This document shows positions 29,717 to 38,823 of a DNA stretch of 50,706 nt, piece after piece (the first letter of the stretch is position 1; every line of letters begins with the position of its first letter). Position numbers and translations under genes: made by a program. Below the pieces are notes generated by a model. The model worked only from the letters and a program-made list of their open reading frames with translations, did no database searches and had not been told where the DNA came from. The stretch is from Fibrobacteria bacterium (lineage in GTDB: Bacteria > Fibrobacterota > Fibrobacteria > UBA11236): contig JAYTHY010000129.1 in the NCBI GenBank assembly GCA_043732185.1, positions 1-50,706 on the forward strand, written 5' to 3'.

Positions 29717-30574
29717 ATGACTCATCAAACAATGGAATCGTGGGACGGAGCATCGCTCTACTATCAATATATCAAGGATATCTCGAAATATCCTCTTTTG
29801 AAAAAGGGCGAAGAAGCGGCCCTGTTGCAGCTGGTACAAACCGGCGACCAAAAGGCCATCCATAAATTGGTCTGTTCCAACCTCAAGTTCGTCATCAATG
29901 TGGCTTTTATGTACAAAAACCAGGGTTTTTCCCTGCCCGAGCTGATCAATGAAGGCAATATCGGCCTTATTGAGGCTGCTAAGCGCTTCGACATCAATCG
30001 CAAGCTCAAGTTCATTTCCTATGCGGTATGGTGGATTCGCCAGGCCATTACCCGCGCGATTGCAGAACGGGCCCGGGTCGTCCGCATTTCAGCCGAAAAA
30101 GAGCTCATTTTGCGCCGCTTTTCGAAGCACAATGTGCCCATGCGCCAAACCATCGGCGGAGGAACACAAATCGATACCGAAGTTTTAGGCAGCAAAATGG
30201 GGTATACAGGACGGCAGATTGAAAAAATCATGGAAATGGGCCTTCGGCATTCGTCCTTGGACCAAAGCCTTAACGGCGAAGACGGCACCTCGGTCATGGA
30301 TATTCTGGAAGACACCCATACCGATAGGCCCGATATTTCGACCAACCTCAATTCGCAGCGCAAGTTTGTTTCGCGACTTCTGCACAAACTAAGCGAACAA
30401 GAGCGCACGGTCTTGTCCATGTACTTTGGCATCAGCCATCATGAAGCGCTTAACTTGGAAGAAATCGGTGAAATCATCGGCCTCTCCAAGGAACGGGTCC
30501 GCCAAATCAAGGAAAAGGGCTTGGCCAACTTACGCTCCATGGAAGAAATGACAGAATTTTCCGCGGTCGGTTAA
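29717..30574 (+). CDS. Short RpoD/SigA-family sigma-70 factor lacking region 1.1
   Basis: NLKFVINVA, LINEGNIGLIEAAKRFD, KFISYAVWWIRQAI, LSKERVRQIKEK; GAGGA RBS before ATG 29717. Confidence 0.92.
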   Translation: MTHQTMESWDGASLYYQYIKDISKYPLLKKGEEAALLQLVQTGDQKAIHKLVCSNLKFVINVAFMYKNQGFSLPELINEGNIGLIEAAKRFDINRKLKFISYAVWWIRQAITRAIAERARVVRISAEKELILRRFSKHNVPMRQTIGGGTQIDTEVLGSKMGYTGRQIEKIMEMGLRHSSLDQSLNGEDGTSVMDILEDTHTDRPDISTNLNSQRKFVSRLLHKLSEQERTVLSMYFGISHHEALNLEEIGEIIGLSKERVRQIKEKGLANLRSMEEMTEFSAVG

Positions 30575-30663
30575 CCACCGGAAGTGTTAAATAATTCAAA
30601 TGGTATTGGATCTATATTCTTGAGAAGCTGAAATAAGGAGTTTCCCCTCTCCTTGGGACAGCG

Positions 30664-30691
30664 AAGGGACCCTTTCGAGGGTCCCTTTTTT
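30664..30691 (+). terminator. Intrinsic terminator
   Basis: AAGGGACCCT-TTCG-AGGGTCCCTT followed by a T-run, downstream of the sigma gene. Confidence 0.85.
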
Positions 30692-30737
30692 GCAATTGAG
30701 ATCCCCATTCACCTCAAATCTTCTTACAATACAAGCT

Positions 30738-32195
30738 ATGGATGTGTCCGCACTACTTTCCCGTTTTCAATCCCAGAGTATTCTAGTACTTGGCGATGTC
30801 TTTCTGGACGAGTTTCTCAGCGGGGACTGTTCCAGGCTGTCTCCCGAAGCGCCCGTGCCCGTACTTAGAGTCGATGTTGAGAAAACTCGGCGCGTTCTAG
30901 GTGGAGCAGCCAACACAGCTGCCAATGTCGCTTCGCTGGGCGGGAAAGCCATACTGATGGGCCTAATCGGCCAAGATTTTCATGGCGAACTGTTCGAGAA
31001 TCTGGTCAAGGCATCGGGGATTCATTTTCACGCCATCCGCGACGGTCGGCCCACCATACGCAAAACTCGCCTGGTAGGTCAAGGGCAACAGCTTTTGCGC
31101 CTCGATTATGAAGAAACGCCCAACATCTCCACGGAGACGGAAAATGAAATTCTGTCGGCCTTTCGAAATCATCTGCCTTCCACCCGCCTTATTGTGCTCT
31201 CTGACTATGCCAAAGGATTTCTGACTCAGAGCCTTTGCCAAATAATTATTCAGGAAGCGCATGCCGCCGGCAAAGAAGTGCTAGTGGATCCGCGGCCTCA
31301 ACATTCCAGCTTCTATACCCATTGCGACTATATCACGCCAAACTGGAAAGAGTCCCAAGGGCTCTTGGGCCAAACGGAATGCGACCCGACGGATGCGCTT
31401 ATTCTAGCCAACGGGGATGCGCTTCGTAAAAAACTGAACACGCATGTTGTTTTGACATTAGGTTCACGCGGCATTTCTTTTTTCCATCGCGATGAGGGAA
31501 CGCATTTCAATCTCCCCACGCAAGCGCGCGAAGTGTTCGATGTGAGCGGCGCCGGAGACACTGTGGTCGCCACTTTGGCCATGGCACGATCTGCTGGAGC
31601 TGGTTTAGAAGAAGCTGTGCGGCTTGCCAATCAAGCAGCCGGCATCGTTGTGGGCAAGTTCGGAACGGCAACCGTGAGTGCGGCCGAATTGCTCGATACC
31701 GATTCCGCAGATGGGGCCTCTGGATTGCCGCGACTGCTGGCACGAAACCAATTGGCAACGCTCTCCGCCTCCTTGCGCGCGCGTGGTCGCAAAATCGTCA
31801 CCATCAATGGCTCCTTCGATTTGCTCCATGCCGGACATGTGCATATTCTTGAGCAAGCCCGTGGCCAAGGCGACGTACTCATTGTGGGGCTCAACAGCGA
31901 TGCCTCCGTGCGCGGTTACAAAGGCGCGAATCGTCCCATGATTCCAGAAGCTGAAAGAGCCCGAATGCTCTTGGCATTGCGTGCAGTGGATTTCGTGCAT
32001 ATTTTTGAGGAGGCGGTTCCCATGCCTTTCCTTTTGGAAATCCGGCCCCACGTGCACGTAAACGGATCGGAATATGGAAAGGATTGCATAGAGGCCCCGC
32101 TTATCCGCGAGCTCGGTGGCCGTTTGCATATCGTGGAAAAAATTCCCGGGCTTTCAACTTCAAACTTGCTCCACAAAATCCGTTCGGCCCAATGA
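30738..32195 (+). CDS. hldE: Bifunctional heptose-7-phosphate kinase / heptose-1-phosphate adenylyltransferase
   Basis: RLSPEAPVPV, GGAANTA, SDYAKG, DVSGAGDT and GSFDLLHAGH, GLNSDAS. Confidence 0.95.
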   Translation: MDVSALLSRFQSQSILVLGDVFLDEFLSGDCSRLSPEAPVPVLRVDVEKTRRVLGGAANTAANVASLGGKAILMGLIGQDFHGELFENLVKASGIHFHAIRDGRPTIRKTRLVGQGQQLLRLDYEETPNISTETENEILSAFRNHLPSTRLIVLSDYAKGFLTQSLCQIIIQEAHAAGKEVLVDPRPQHSSFYTHCDYITPNWKESQGLLGQTECDPTDALILANGDALRKKLNTHVVLTLGSRGISFFHRDEGTHFNLPTQAREVFDVSGAGDTVVATLAMARSAGAGLEEAVRLANQAAGIVVGKFGTATVSAAELLDTDSADGASGLPRLLARNQLATLSASLRARGRKIVTINGSFDLLHAGHVHILEQARGQGDVLIVGLNSDASVRGYKGANRPMIPEAERARMLLALRAVDFVHIFEEAVPMPFLLEIRPHVHVNGSEYGKDCIEAPLIRELGGRLHIVEKIPGLSTSNLLHKIRSAQ

Positions 32196-32626
32196 CCACG
32201 GAGAGCAAAAGCGGAAGCTCGGTCGCTCCCTATCAATTGCATATCAAATGCTATGAAAAGCTGCCCGAAATTTCTCTGTCGGATCCGGAAGGCAAGTTTG
32301 TCCTGCTCAGCAAGGGACAGGATTTGCATCTGGTGCTTTCACCGCTTTCGCTTACGCCGTATCATGCCAATATCGTCTATCAATATTTGCAAGTGGAAGG
32401 CCGGGGCAAAGTCGAAGCCGTTAGCAGCAGTGGTTGCAGAATTTTATCTAAAGGTTGGCACGTGCACGGCGGGGGCTTTTACCAGGTTCAGCATTGGTTG
32501 CATACTTTGAACTTTGGCGGAAAATCCACCGCCTTCGGAAAGTATACGGCAAGCTTGCTCGATGCCTTTCGCGAGGATATCCCGGTACTCTTAGAACTGC
32601 CGGACTACTTTCTGGAGTTGAAATAA
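32192..32626 (+). CDS. Janus/Ocnus (PHPT1 phosphohistidine phosphatase)-like protein
   Basis: ATGA overlap with hldE; GKFVLL, YHANI, GGG, GKSTAFG and PDY motifs. Confidence 0.55.
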   Translation: MTTESKSGSSVAPYQLHIKCYEKLPEISLSDPEGKFVLLSKGQDLHLVLSPLSLTPYHANIVYQYLQVEGRGKVEAVSSSGCRILSKGWHVHGGGFYQVQHWLHTLNFGGKSTAFGKYTASLLDAFREDIPVLLELPDYFLELK

Positions 32627-32673
32627 GCTTTCCATTTAGACGACTATTTGTAAAGTACGTTTTCGGACTTGAT

Positions 32674-33228
32674 CTACTCTCCCCGCAAACAGCTAAAGAT
32701 TTCCCGATAGAATTCGGGGTGTTCCACCCAAGTTGGGCAAGTGACTAGCCTGCCATCCCGCACTGCTTTCGCTTTGACGTAGGTGCCGCCAGAGGCTTCC
32801 ACTTCCAGTCGGACATGCTCGTAGCAGGTGACCTTTTTGCCTTTGAGCAGTCCTGCAGCGGCCGGCAATTGCACTCCGTGGCAAAGCGCCCAAATCCATT
32901 TTTCCAACCGGTCGAATTCCTGTAAGATGGAAAGGACTTTGGCGTTGTTGCGAAGGTATTCCGGGGATCGGCCACCAATACACACCACGGCGATATAGTC
33001 CTTGACCACCACTTGCTCAAAAGTAATGTCCGATTCCATGGCGTAGCCGGGACGCTCCATATAGGTGTCCCAGCCGGGCTCGAAGTCGTGGATCACGAGG
33101 TTCAAACGGCGCTTGGAAGGAGCCGCCACCACGGTTTGGTAATTGGCCTCGCGAAAGCGATGCACCGCAAACCAGGTTTCAAAACTTTCGCCGCCGTCGC
33201 CGACTAGAATTAGGATTTTCTGACTCAT
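32674..33228 (-). CDS. DJ-1/PfpI family protein
   Basis: GGRSPEYLR, ALCHGVQL, DGRLVT; ATG at 33228 with GGAG RBS. Confidence 0.93.
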   Translation of the reverse strand: MSQKILILVGDGGESFETWFAVHRFREANYQTVVAAPSKRRLNLVIHDFEPGWDTYMERPGYAMESDITFEQVVVKDYIAVVCIGGRSPEYLRNNAKVLSILQEFDRLEKWIWALCHGVQLPAAAGLLKGKKVTCYEHVRLEVEASGGTYVKAKAVRDGRLVTCPTWVEHPEFYREIFSCLRGE

Positions 33229-33261
33229 AGTTGACTCCAATCGAAGGCTTTAAACTCTAAA

Positions 33262-35007
33262 CTACTCGCCCATCTGCTGCAGCAAATACAGTTTCCGGTA
33301 AATTCCATCTGCATGGTGCATCAGGTTTTCATGTGTCCCTGTTTCGGCAATGGTGCCATGGTTGATAATAACAATATTATCCGCGTGACGAATCGTGGAC
33401 AAGCGATGCGCAATGGCGACGATGGTTACTTTCCCATGCAGCTCATGTAACGTGGACTGGATTGATTTTGAGGTTTCGCTGTCGATATGGGATGTCGCTT
33501 CGTCGAGAAATAAAATCTTGGGTTGTCCCGCCAAGGCTCGAGCGATGGCGATCAATTGTTTCTGGCCCGTAGAGAGTCTGGAGCCCCCTTCACCCAAAGG
33601 AGTGTCGTACCCCTTTTCCAAAGCGGAAATAAATTTATGGGCTTTGGAGGCTCGCCCCGCCTTTTCGATTTCTTGATCCGATATATCCCTGCCCATCGAA
33701 ATATTTTCCCGGACGGTGGCGGCCATCAAAAATGGATCTTGCGGGACTAAACCAACATGGGCTCGGAAGGCGGCTTCGCTTATCGCATCAAGGGACGCGC
33801 CACCAAATTCAATATAGCCGGATTGAGGGGGATAGAATCGCAGGAGAATATTGAGCAGCGTGGACTTGCCGCTTCCGGTTTTGCCGGCAATTCCAATAAA
33901 AGTACCGGACGGAATTTCCAAGGACAAGTCTTGGATAACCAAATTCTCAGGGGCATACCCAAATTTCAAATTCCGAATGGAAATGGACCCGTTTGCTACC
34001 ACCGCGGCATTTTCAATCGGGCGGGTGGCTTTTTCCTCTAACAGTTGATGCACCCTCGCCGCGGCAACGACGGACTGTTGCAACTGACCGAACTGGGTGG
34101 TGATTTGGATTAAGGGATCGATAATATGGCCTATGTAACTCACAAAGGCGTATAACAGCCCCACTTCCATTCCGTTTAGTGGCCGCCTGCTAAAACTGAA
34201 AATGACGAGGATTAAGAGCACTACATTGAGCAAGTCAAGCGCAGGCCTTAACAACCAGGCATTGGCATTTTGCACCTGAACCCGCGCTAAGTAATGGGCG
34301 TGATTTGTCGACCCGAACACATCCTTAAATTGTTTTACGGCATTGAGCGCTTGCAAAATTCCCATGCCCCCCAAGGATTCCGCCATCTGGGCATTTATAT
34401 CGCTCCGGAGTTTTCTGCTTTTAGAAACGGCCGGCGCACTTAAGTACTGGTATAACCAAACCATGGCAATGACAACCGGAATCATGGACGCGACAAAAAG
34501 CATCAATCGCCAATCCAGCCAAGTCATGGCGACCATGGCAGCTAGCAAAATGATGCCGCTGTTCAAAAGCACGAATAAGACCTGGATGTACAGGCTTTTA
34601 ACCGCTTCCGTGTCATTGGTTACGCGGCTTACCAATTGCCCCGTTATGGATGTATCAAAAAAAGTCATGGGCAGGCGCATGACATGCGTATACGCTTGTT
34701 CGCGTAAGCGGCCAACGGAACGCATGGCTAAACCGGACAACCGCACAAGTTGTAAATATCGAAGCAGGCTCGCGAGCCATCCAGAGAGTAGAATGCCAAT
34801 TAGAATCAAGGCCATGCGATTCAGATCCAGGTTTCTAATGGAAAGATGATCGTCGATTAACATTTTTCCTAAAATCGGGCCTGCCATTTCCGTTCCGGCA
34901 GCAAGCATGAGCCAAAGCGTTCCCCGAAGGAGATGTCCTTTTTCCTGTTGAGCGGATTTCCAAAGCAGGATCAAAGCCTGCCACATTCCGTTTTGTTCAA
35001 ATTGCAT
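33262..35007 (-). CDS. mdlB: ABC multidrug transporter fused permease/ATPase, MdlB-like
   Basis: GQLVSRVTNDTE, GKTGSGKST, LSTGQKQ, LDEATSHIDSET. Confidence 0.85.
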   Translation of the reverse strand: MQFEQNGMWQALILLWKSAQQEKGHLLRGTLWLMLAAGTEMAGPILGKMLIDDHLSIRNLDLNRMALILIGILLSGWLASLLRYLQLVRLSGLAMRSVGRLREQAYTHVMRLPMTFFDTSITGQLVSRVTNDTEAVKSLYIQVLFVLLNSGIILLAAMVAMTWLDWRLMLFVASMIPVVIAMVWLYQYLSAPAVSKSRKLRSDINAQMAESLGGMGILQALNAVKQFKDVFGSTNHAHYLARVQVQNANAWLLRPALDLLNVVLLILVIFSFSRRPLNGMEVGLLYAFVSYIGHIIDPLIQITTQFGQLQQSVVAAARVHQLLEEKATRPIENAAVVANGSISIRNLKFGYAPENLVIQDLSLEIPSGTFIGIAGKTGSGKSTLLNILLRFYPPQSGYIEFGGASLDAISEAAFRAHVGLVPQDPFLMAATVRENISMGRDISDQEIEKAGRASKAHKFISALEKGYDTPLGEGGSRLSTGQKQLIAIARALAGQPKILFLDEATSHIDSETSKSIQSTLHELHGKVTIVAIAHRLSTIRHADNIVIINHGTIAETGTHENLMHHADGIYRKLYLLQQMGE

Positions 35008-36769
35008 CTATACTGGCTTCCAACTGTTGGTAACGCCATTGTTTCGCATACCACCCGCGCAAGGCAAGCAGTGAAGCATGGTTGCCTGCTTCGACGATTT
35101 GTCCCTCTTTTAAAACCAGAATTTGATCTGCGTCGATCAAGGCGCTCAATCGATGGCTAACGAGTATGGTACTGCGGAAGCCGCGACTTTTGGAAATGGG
35201 TTCGTTCCGTACGTCCCGTAAATGATTCAAGATTTTAGCCTCCGTTTCCGTGTCAACGGCCGATAAAGCATCATCCAGCAATAATAAGGGTCTATTACAA
35301 AGCAGCGCGCGCGCGAGGGCGATGCGTTGGCGTTGACCGCCTGACAAGGTGATACCGCGCTCTCCCACCAGAGTTTCGTATCCCTTTGGAAAGCTGAGGA
35401 TATCGGTATGAATGGAGGCCAAGGTTGCCACACGCTCTATTTCTGATTGGGTCGCTTCCGGTTTAGCCAAGGAAATATTTTCGGAAAGGGTAGCGGAAAA
35501 TAAAAACGGCTCTTGCGGCACCCAGCTGACATAGTCCCTAAAAGCAACCAATTTAAAATCACTTATGAGGTCTTCCCCCCAGTGCAACTGGCCCGATTCT
35601 GGGGAAAATTGACGCAGCAACAATTTGAGTAAGGTTGATTTTCCGGATCCGGTGGGACCGACAATGCCGAGCGTGTGTCCTGGGGGAAGAATGAATTCGA
35701 CATTGGACAGGGCGTGTGGCGATTGGGACGAATAGGAAAAATTTAAGTCCCTTGCCACGATGGCTCCACTCGGAGCATGCAAAAGCAAACCACCATCTTC
35801 TATAGTCAATGGTTCCTTTAAAACGTCCCGAATCCGTTCCCAGCCTGCGCGCCCTCTTTCCAGCATGGAAAGCACCCAGCCCGCAGCGAACATGGGCCAA
35901 ACGAGTTGCCCAAGATACATGATAAAGCTCGTCAACATTCCAATGGACAATTGGTTGTGCCACACCAAGTAACCGCCATACCCTAGTGTTATCGCGCTTG
36001 CCGTGGACAACGTAAAGCTAATCGCGGGATCATACCCGGCTTCCCATTTCAAAGCCGCTAGATTTGCCTTGGCGGCATTATTAGTCAGGCGGACAAATTG
36101 TTTGGTATTGCTTTTTTCCAATCCCAAGGCGCGTAGCGTGCGTATTCCGGAAAATGATTCCTGAACATGCTCATTTAACCGACTGAATCGATTCAATTCT
36201 TCCGTGGCGGTTTCGTGGACCTTTCGGGAAATGTGCCAAAATGCCAAGCCCATGATTGGAAAGGGCAACAACGCAATGGACGTTAAACGCCAGTCGACAC
36301 CCAGTGAAATCATTCCCAGCACCATCACCAAGGTTACGCTGCCATCAAAAAGTCCGAGCATGGCTTCACCCGCCGCCAATTCCACGGCATCAACATCATT
36401 CGTGGACAGGGCCATGAGATCCCCGGTCCTTTTGCTTTGAAAAAATCGAGGTCCTTGCTGACTCAGCCGGTCATACAATCGGGCGCGTATTTCCACCCCA
36501 AATTGATACGCCGCGGCATAAAGTATCCGCCGCCAGCCTATCCGCACTAGATAAATGGCGAGTCCCAAAACGAGCAGCCATGCCAACTGCGAAGTGAGCG
36601 CTTGTCCATTTAATTCCTTTTTTGCCAAGCCATCGATGATGGCTCCTACTTTGCGGGGAACCCATACAATAAGTGCGTCTACGATAACCAGTAATATGGC
36701 CGAGTACGTGTAAGCTTTCCAATGGCTACGAATAAACCTTGCGGTCAATTGGGAAAGGGAAGTTTTCAA
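34997..36769 (-). CDS. mdlA: ABC multidrug transporter fused permease/ATPase, MdlA-like
   Basis: RTGDLMA..TNDVD, GPTGSGKST, LSGGQRQR, LDDALSAVD, YQQLEA. Confidence 0.85.
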   Translation of the reverse strand: MKTSLSQLTARFIRSHWKAYTYSAILLVIVDALIVWVPRKVGAIIDGLAKKELNGQALTSQLAWLLVLGLAIYLVRIGWRRILYAAAYQFGVEIRARLYDRLSQQGPRFFQSKRTGDLMALSTNDVDAVELAAGEAMLGLFDGSVTLVMVLGMISLGVDWRLTSIALLPFPIMGLAFWHISRKVHETATEELNRFSRLNEHVQESFSGIRTLRALGLEKSNTKQFVRLTNNAAKANLAALKWEAGYDPAISFTLSTASAITLGYGGYLVWHNQLSIGMLTSFIMYLGQLVWPMFAAGWVLSMLERGRAGWERIRDVLKEPLTIEDGGLLLHAPSGAIVARDLNFSYSSQSPHALSNVEFILPPGHTLGIVGPTGSGKSTLLKLLLRQFSPESGQLHWGEDLISDFKLVAFRDYVSWVPQEPFLFSATLSENISLAKPEATQSEIERVATLASIHTDILSFPKGYETLVGERGITLSGGQRQRIALARALLCNRPLLLLDDALSAVDTETEAKILNHLRDVRNEPISKSRGFRSTILVSHRLSALIDADQILVLKEGQIVEAGNHASLLALRGWYAKQWRYQQLEASIDAI

Positions 36770-36801
36770 CTTGAATTTTTTTCCGGCTCAATACACTGAA
36801 G

Positions 36802-38304
36802 TCAAGGGAGAGGCCGATTCCGTCCCACAGCATCGACGGCCTTTCCGCCTTCGCTCTCCGTGTAAAAATACGCGGATGGATGCAGCCCTACCCACGCTTC
36901 CAGCGGCGGATGATGCCGATTTTTCCGCGCACCCGATCGGATGGAAACACCTTGTGGCATGACCTGGACAGAATGATTCAAAAGGTTGTACCCGGTGGTA
37001 GCCTCCCAAACACCCGCATTCGCAAAGCGCACTGCATAGCGCACATCTCCAACCAAGGCAGCCGCCGTGTCCGGCAGGTTGAGAAGAAGTTCGTAGGTTC
37101 CAGATGCCAAAGTACCCGGAAGAGTTACGGTCAAATCCAATTTGACGGTGTCATCGGACAGCCACCGCCGTGGGTCCGTAGATAAAGCAAAGGATTGAAT
37201 GGGCGCACCTGCGCGACGCAGGATCAAATTGGCGCGACGGTAATTGAAAAGTTTTCCCCAACCTTCGTTGACCAGGTTAAGCCGAAAAGACAGCGGTCCC
37301 CCAGCAACCACAGTATCGGGAAGCTCACCGCGTATCATCCGGAACCGGTACCCGAGGCGTTTGCGCACAGTTTCAAAACAGCCCTGCGCCTTCCACGCAT
37401 CCAGCACACCTTGGTGATAGTCCATGTTCAAAGCATCCCAACGCATATAAGCCAAATCCTGAAGCATCTGGGGACAATCCGATCGGGGGCTGCTGAGGTT
37501 GCAGGTTTCCCCTTCCTGTCCAACATAGCGGTTGTCTTGATGTAGAAAATCCTTATTTTCCTGGATAGCGTTGGTGGGATAGGTCCCCCAATCCTCCGGA
37601 GAGGCTCCCAAGCAATCGTTATGGGCTCCTGCGCGGCTGCGGTTGGATGCCGTGAACGCTTCATTGTCGGCGAGCGGCGTATTGCCGAGAATGGATCGCT
37701 TGATCCCCGGATAGCGAAAAAACACATTTCGATCGGGAGGCATGGCGCCGAGCAGGGCGAGCAGAATCTGTCCGTTGGCCGGGGGAAGGTGGAGCAGGTT
37801 TAGGGAACTGTGCCATTCCCCCCAAGCGCCCACGAAGCCGGCTTCCAGAGCGAAAATAACATCCGCGTTCCGTCGCCAATACGGTTGAAGCTGGGCAATG
37901 TGCTGCAAAAGCATGGGTAGTGTGGCATCGGGGCTGTTGGCATAATCGCCGGTAGGAAAGTTGTAGGAGAAGCGGGGAATATATTTGGCACCCGCCTGGC
38001 GCAGCACTTTGGCATCCGCATCAAGCTGGTCCAGGAAGGACTGCGGCAACAAAGTGTCGCGCCAATTGTCTAAACGATAATAGGTACGAACGAGCGTGAT
38101 GGCATCGGTGTTTCGTGCTTTTGTCAAGGCGGTACCGTTTACGGATATCTGCTTGTAAAAGCCGCGCTCGGGGTTGGCAAAATTCGAAGTGTCGGGAGAA
38201 TAATTGCGAATAGTAGTTCCACTTACTGCCAGACTGCCACCAAGCGTCAGGGCTGCACAAAAACAGACTGCGGAAAAACCGGTTGTCAGCGTGTCTTTTC
38301 TCAT
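36802..38304 (-). CDS. Secreted DUF4874/DUF4832 protein (putative glycoside hydrolase-like)
   Basis: Signal peptide; NPERGFY, AGFVGAWGEWH, HNDC, RLGYRF; basic tail ending VDAVGR. Confidence 0.85.
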   Translation of the reverse strand: MRKDTLTTGFSAVCFCAALTLGGSLAVSGTTIRNYSPDTSNFANPERGFYKQISVNGTALTKARNTDAITLVRTYYRLDNWRDTLLPQSFLDQLDADAKVLRQAGAKYIPRFSYNFPTGDYANSPDATLPMLLQHIAQLQPYWRRNADVIFALEAGFVGAWGEWHSSLNLLHLPPANGQILLALLGAMPPDRNVFFRYPGIKRSILGNTPLADNEAFTASNRSRAGAHNDCLGASPEDWGTYPTNAIQENKDFLHQDNRYVGQEGETCNLSSPRSDCPQMLQDLAYMRWDALNMDYHQGVLDAWKAQGCFETVRKRLGYRFRMIRGELPDTVVAGGPLSFRLNLVNEGWGKLFNYRRANLILRRAGAPIQSFALSTDPRRWLSDDTVKLDLTVTLPGTLASGTYELLLNLPDTAAALVGDVRYAVRFANAGVWEATTGYNLLNHSVQVMPQGVSIRSGARKNRHHPPLEAWVGLHPSAYFYTESEGGKAVDAVGRNRPLP

Positions 38305-38823
38305 CGCATCCTCCTTGCGAACATGTGGCTGTCACCCGCCAAACCAAAGGAGCCGGGCATTTAGAAGATACTGTGCAGACCGCTAATAGCCTTGCCGAAT
38401 CGTCGTCTTTAAATAGGGAATTGAGCACATCCGCATCCATGACCAAAGTTTCCACACATGGATCAGGTGATAACGCTTCCCAAATCTTTCCCAGCACCGA
38501 ATAATTTGAGGTGAACGAAGCCGGTCAATAGTTTGGAAGTGACAATGACGAATTGTAGTGGTAATTCAGGGCCGGGCAAATATTCCCAAAAGGTCGGACG
38601 TAAATCTTCACCAAGTGATTCACCCAAATACGCCGGCTTTTTTTCACGAACCAATATATTTTTGAACTGCCTGAAACGGCTTCAAGAATCATTCGCTCAA
38701 CGGTGTTGGATTCGTTGGCATTTTCGACAACATCGCCGAAACGAACTTTCTTTCACCCCTTGCGATCGAAAAGCGGCAGCTTGGCCCAGGCAAGGTTGGG
38801 GCGGAGTTTGCTGGGGATGGCGT

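Noticed and set aside
38310..38420. c-di-GMP-type riboswitch ahead of the DUF4832 gene
   Set aside because: Only fragments resemble the consensus; the GNRA loop/receptor and P1 pairing were not found.
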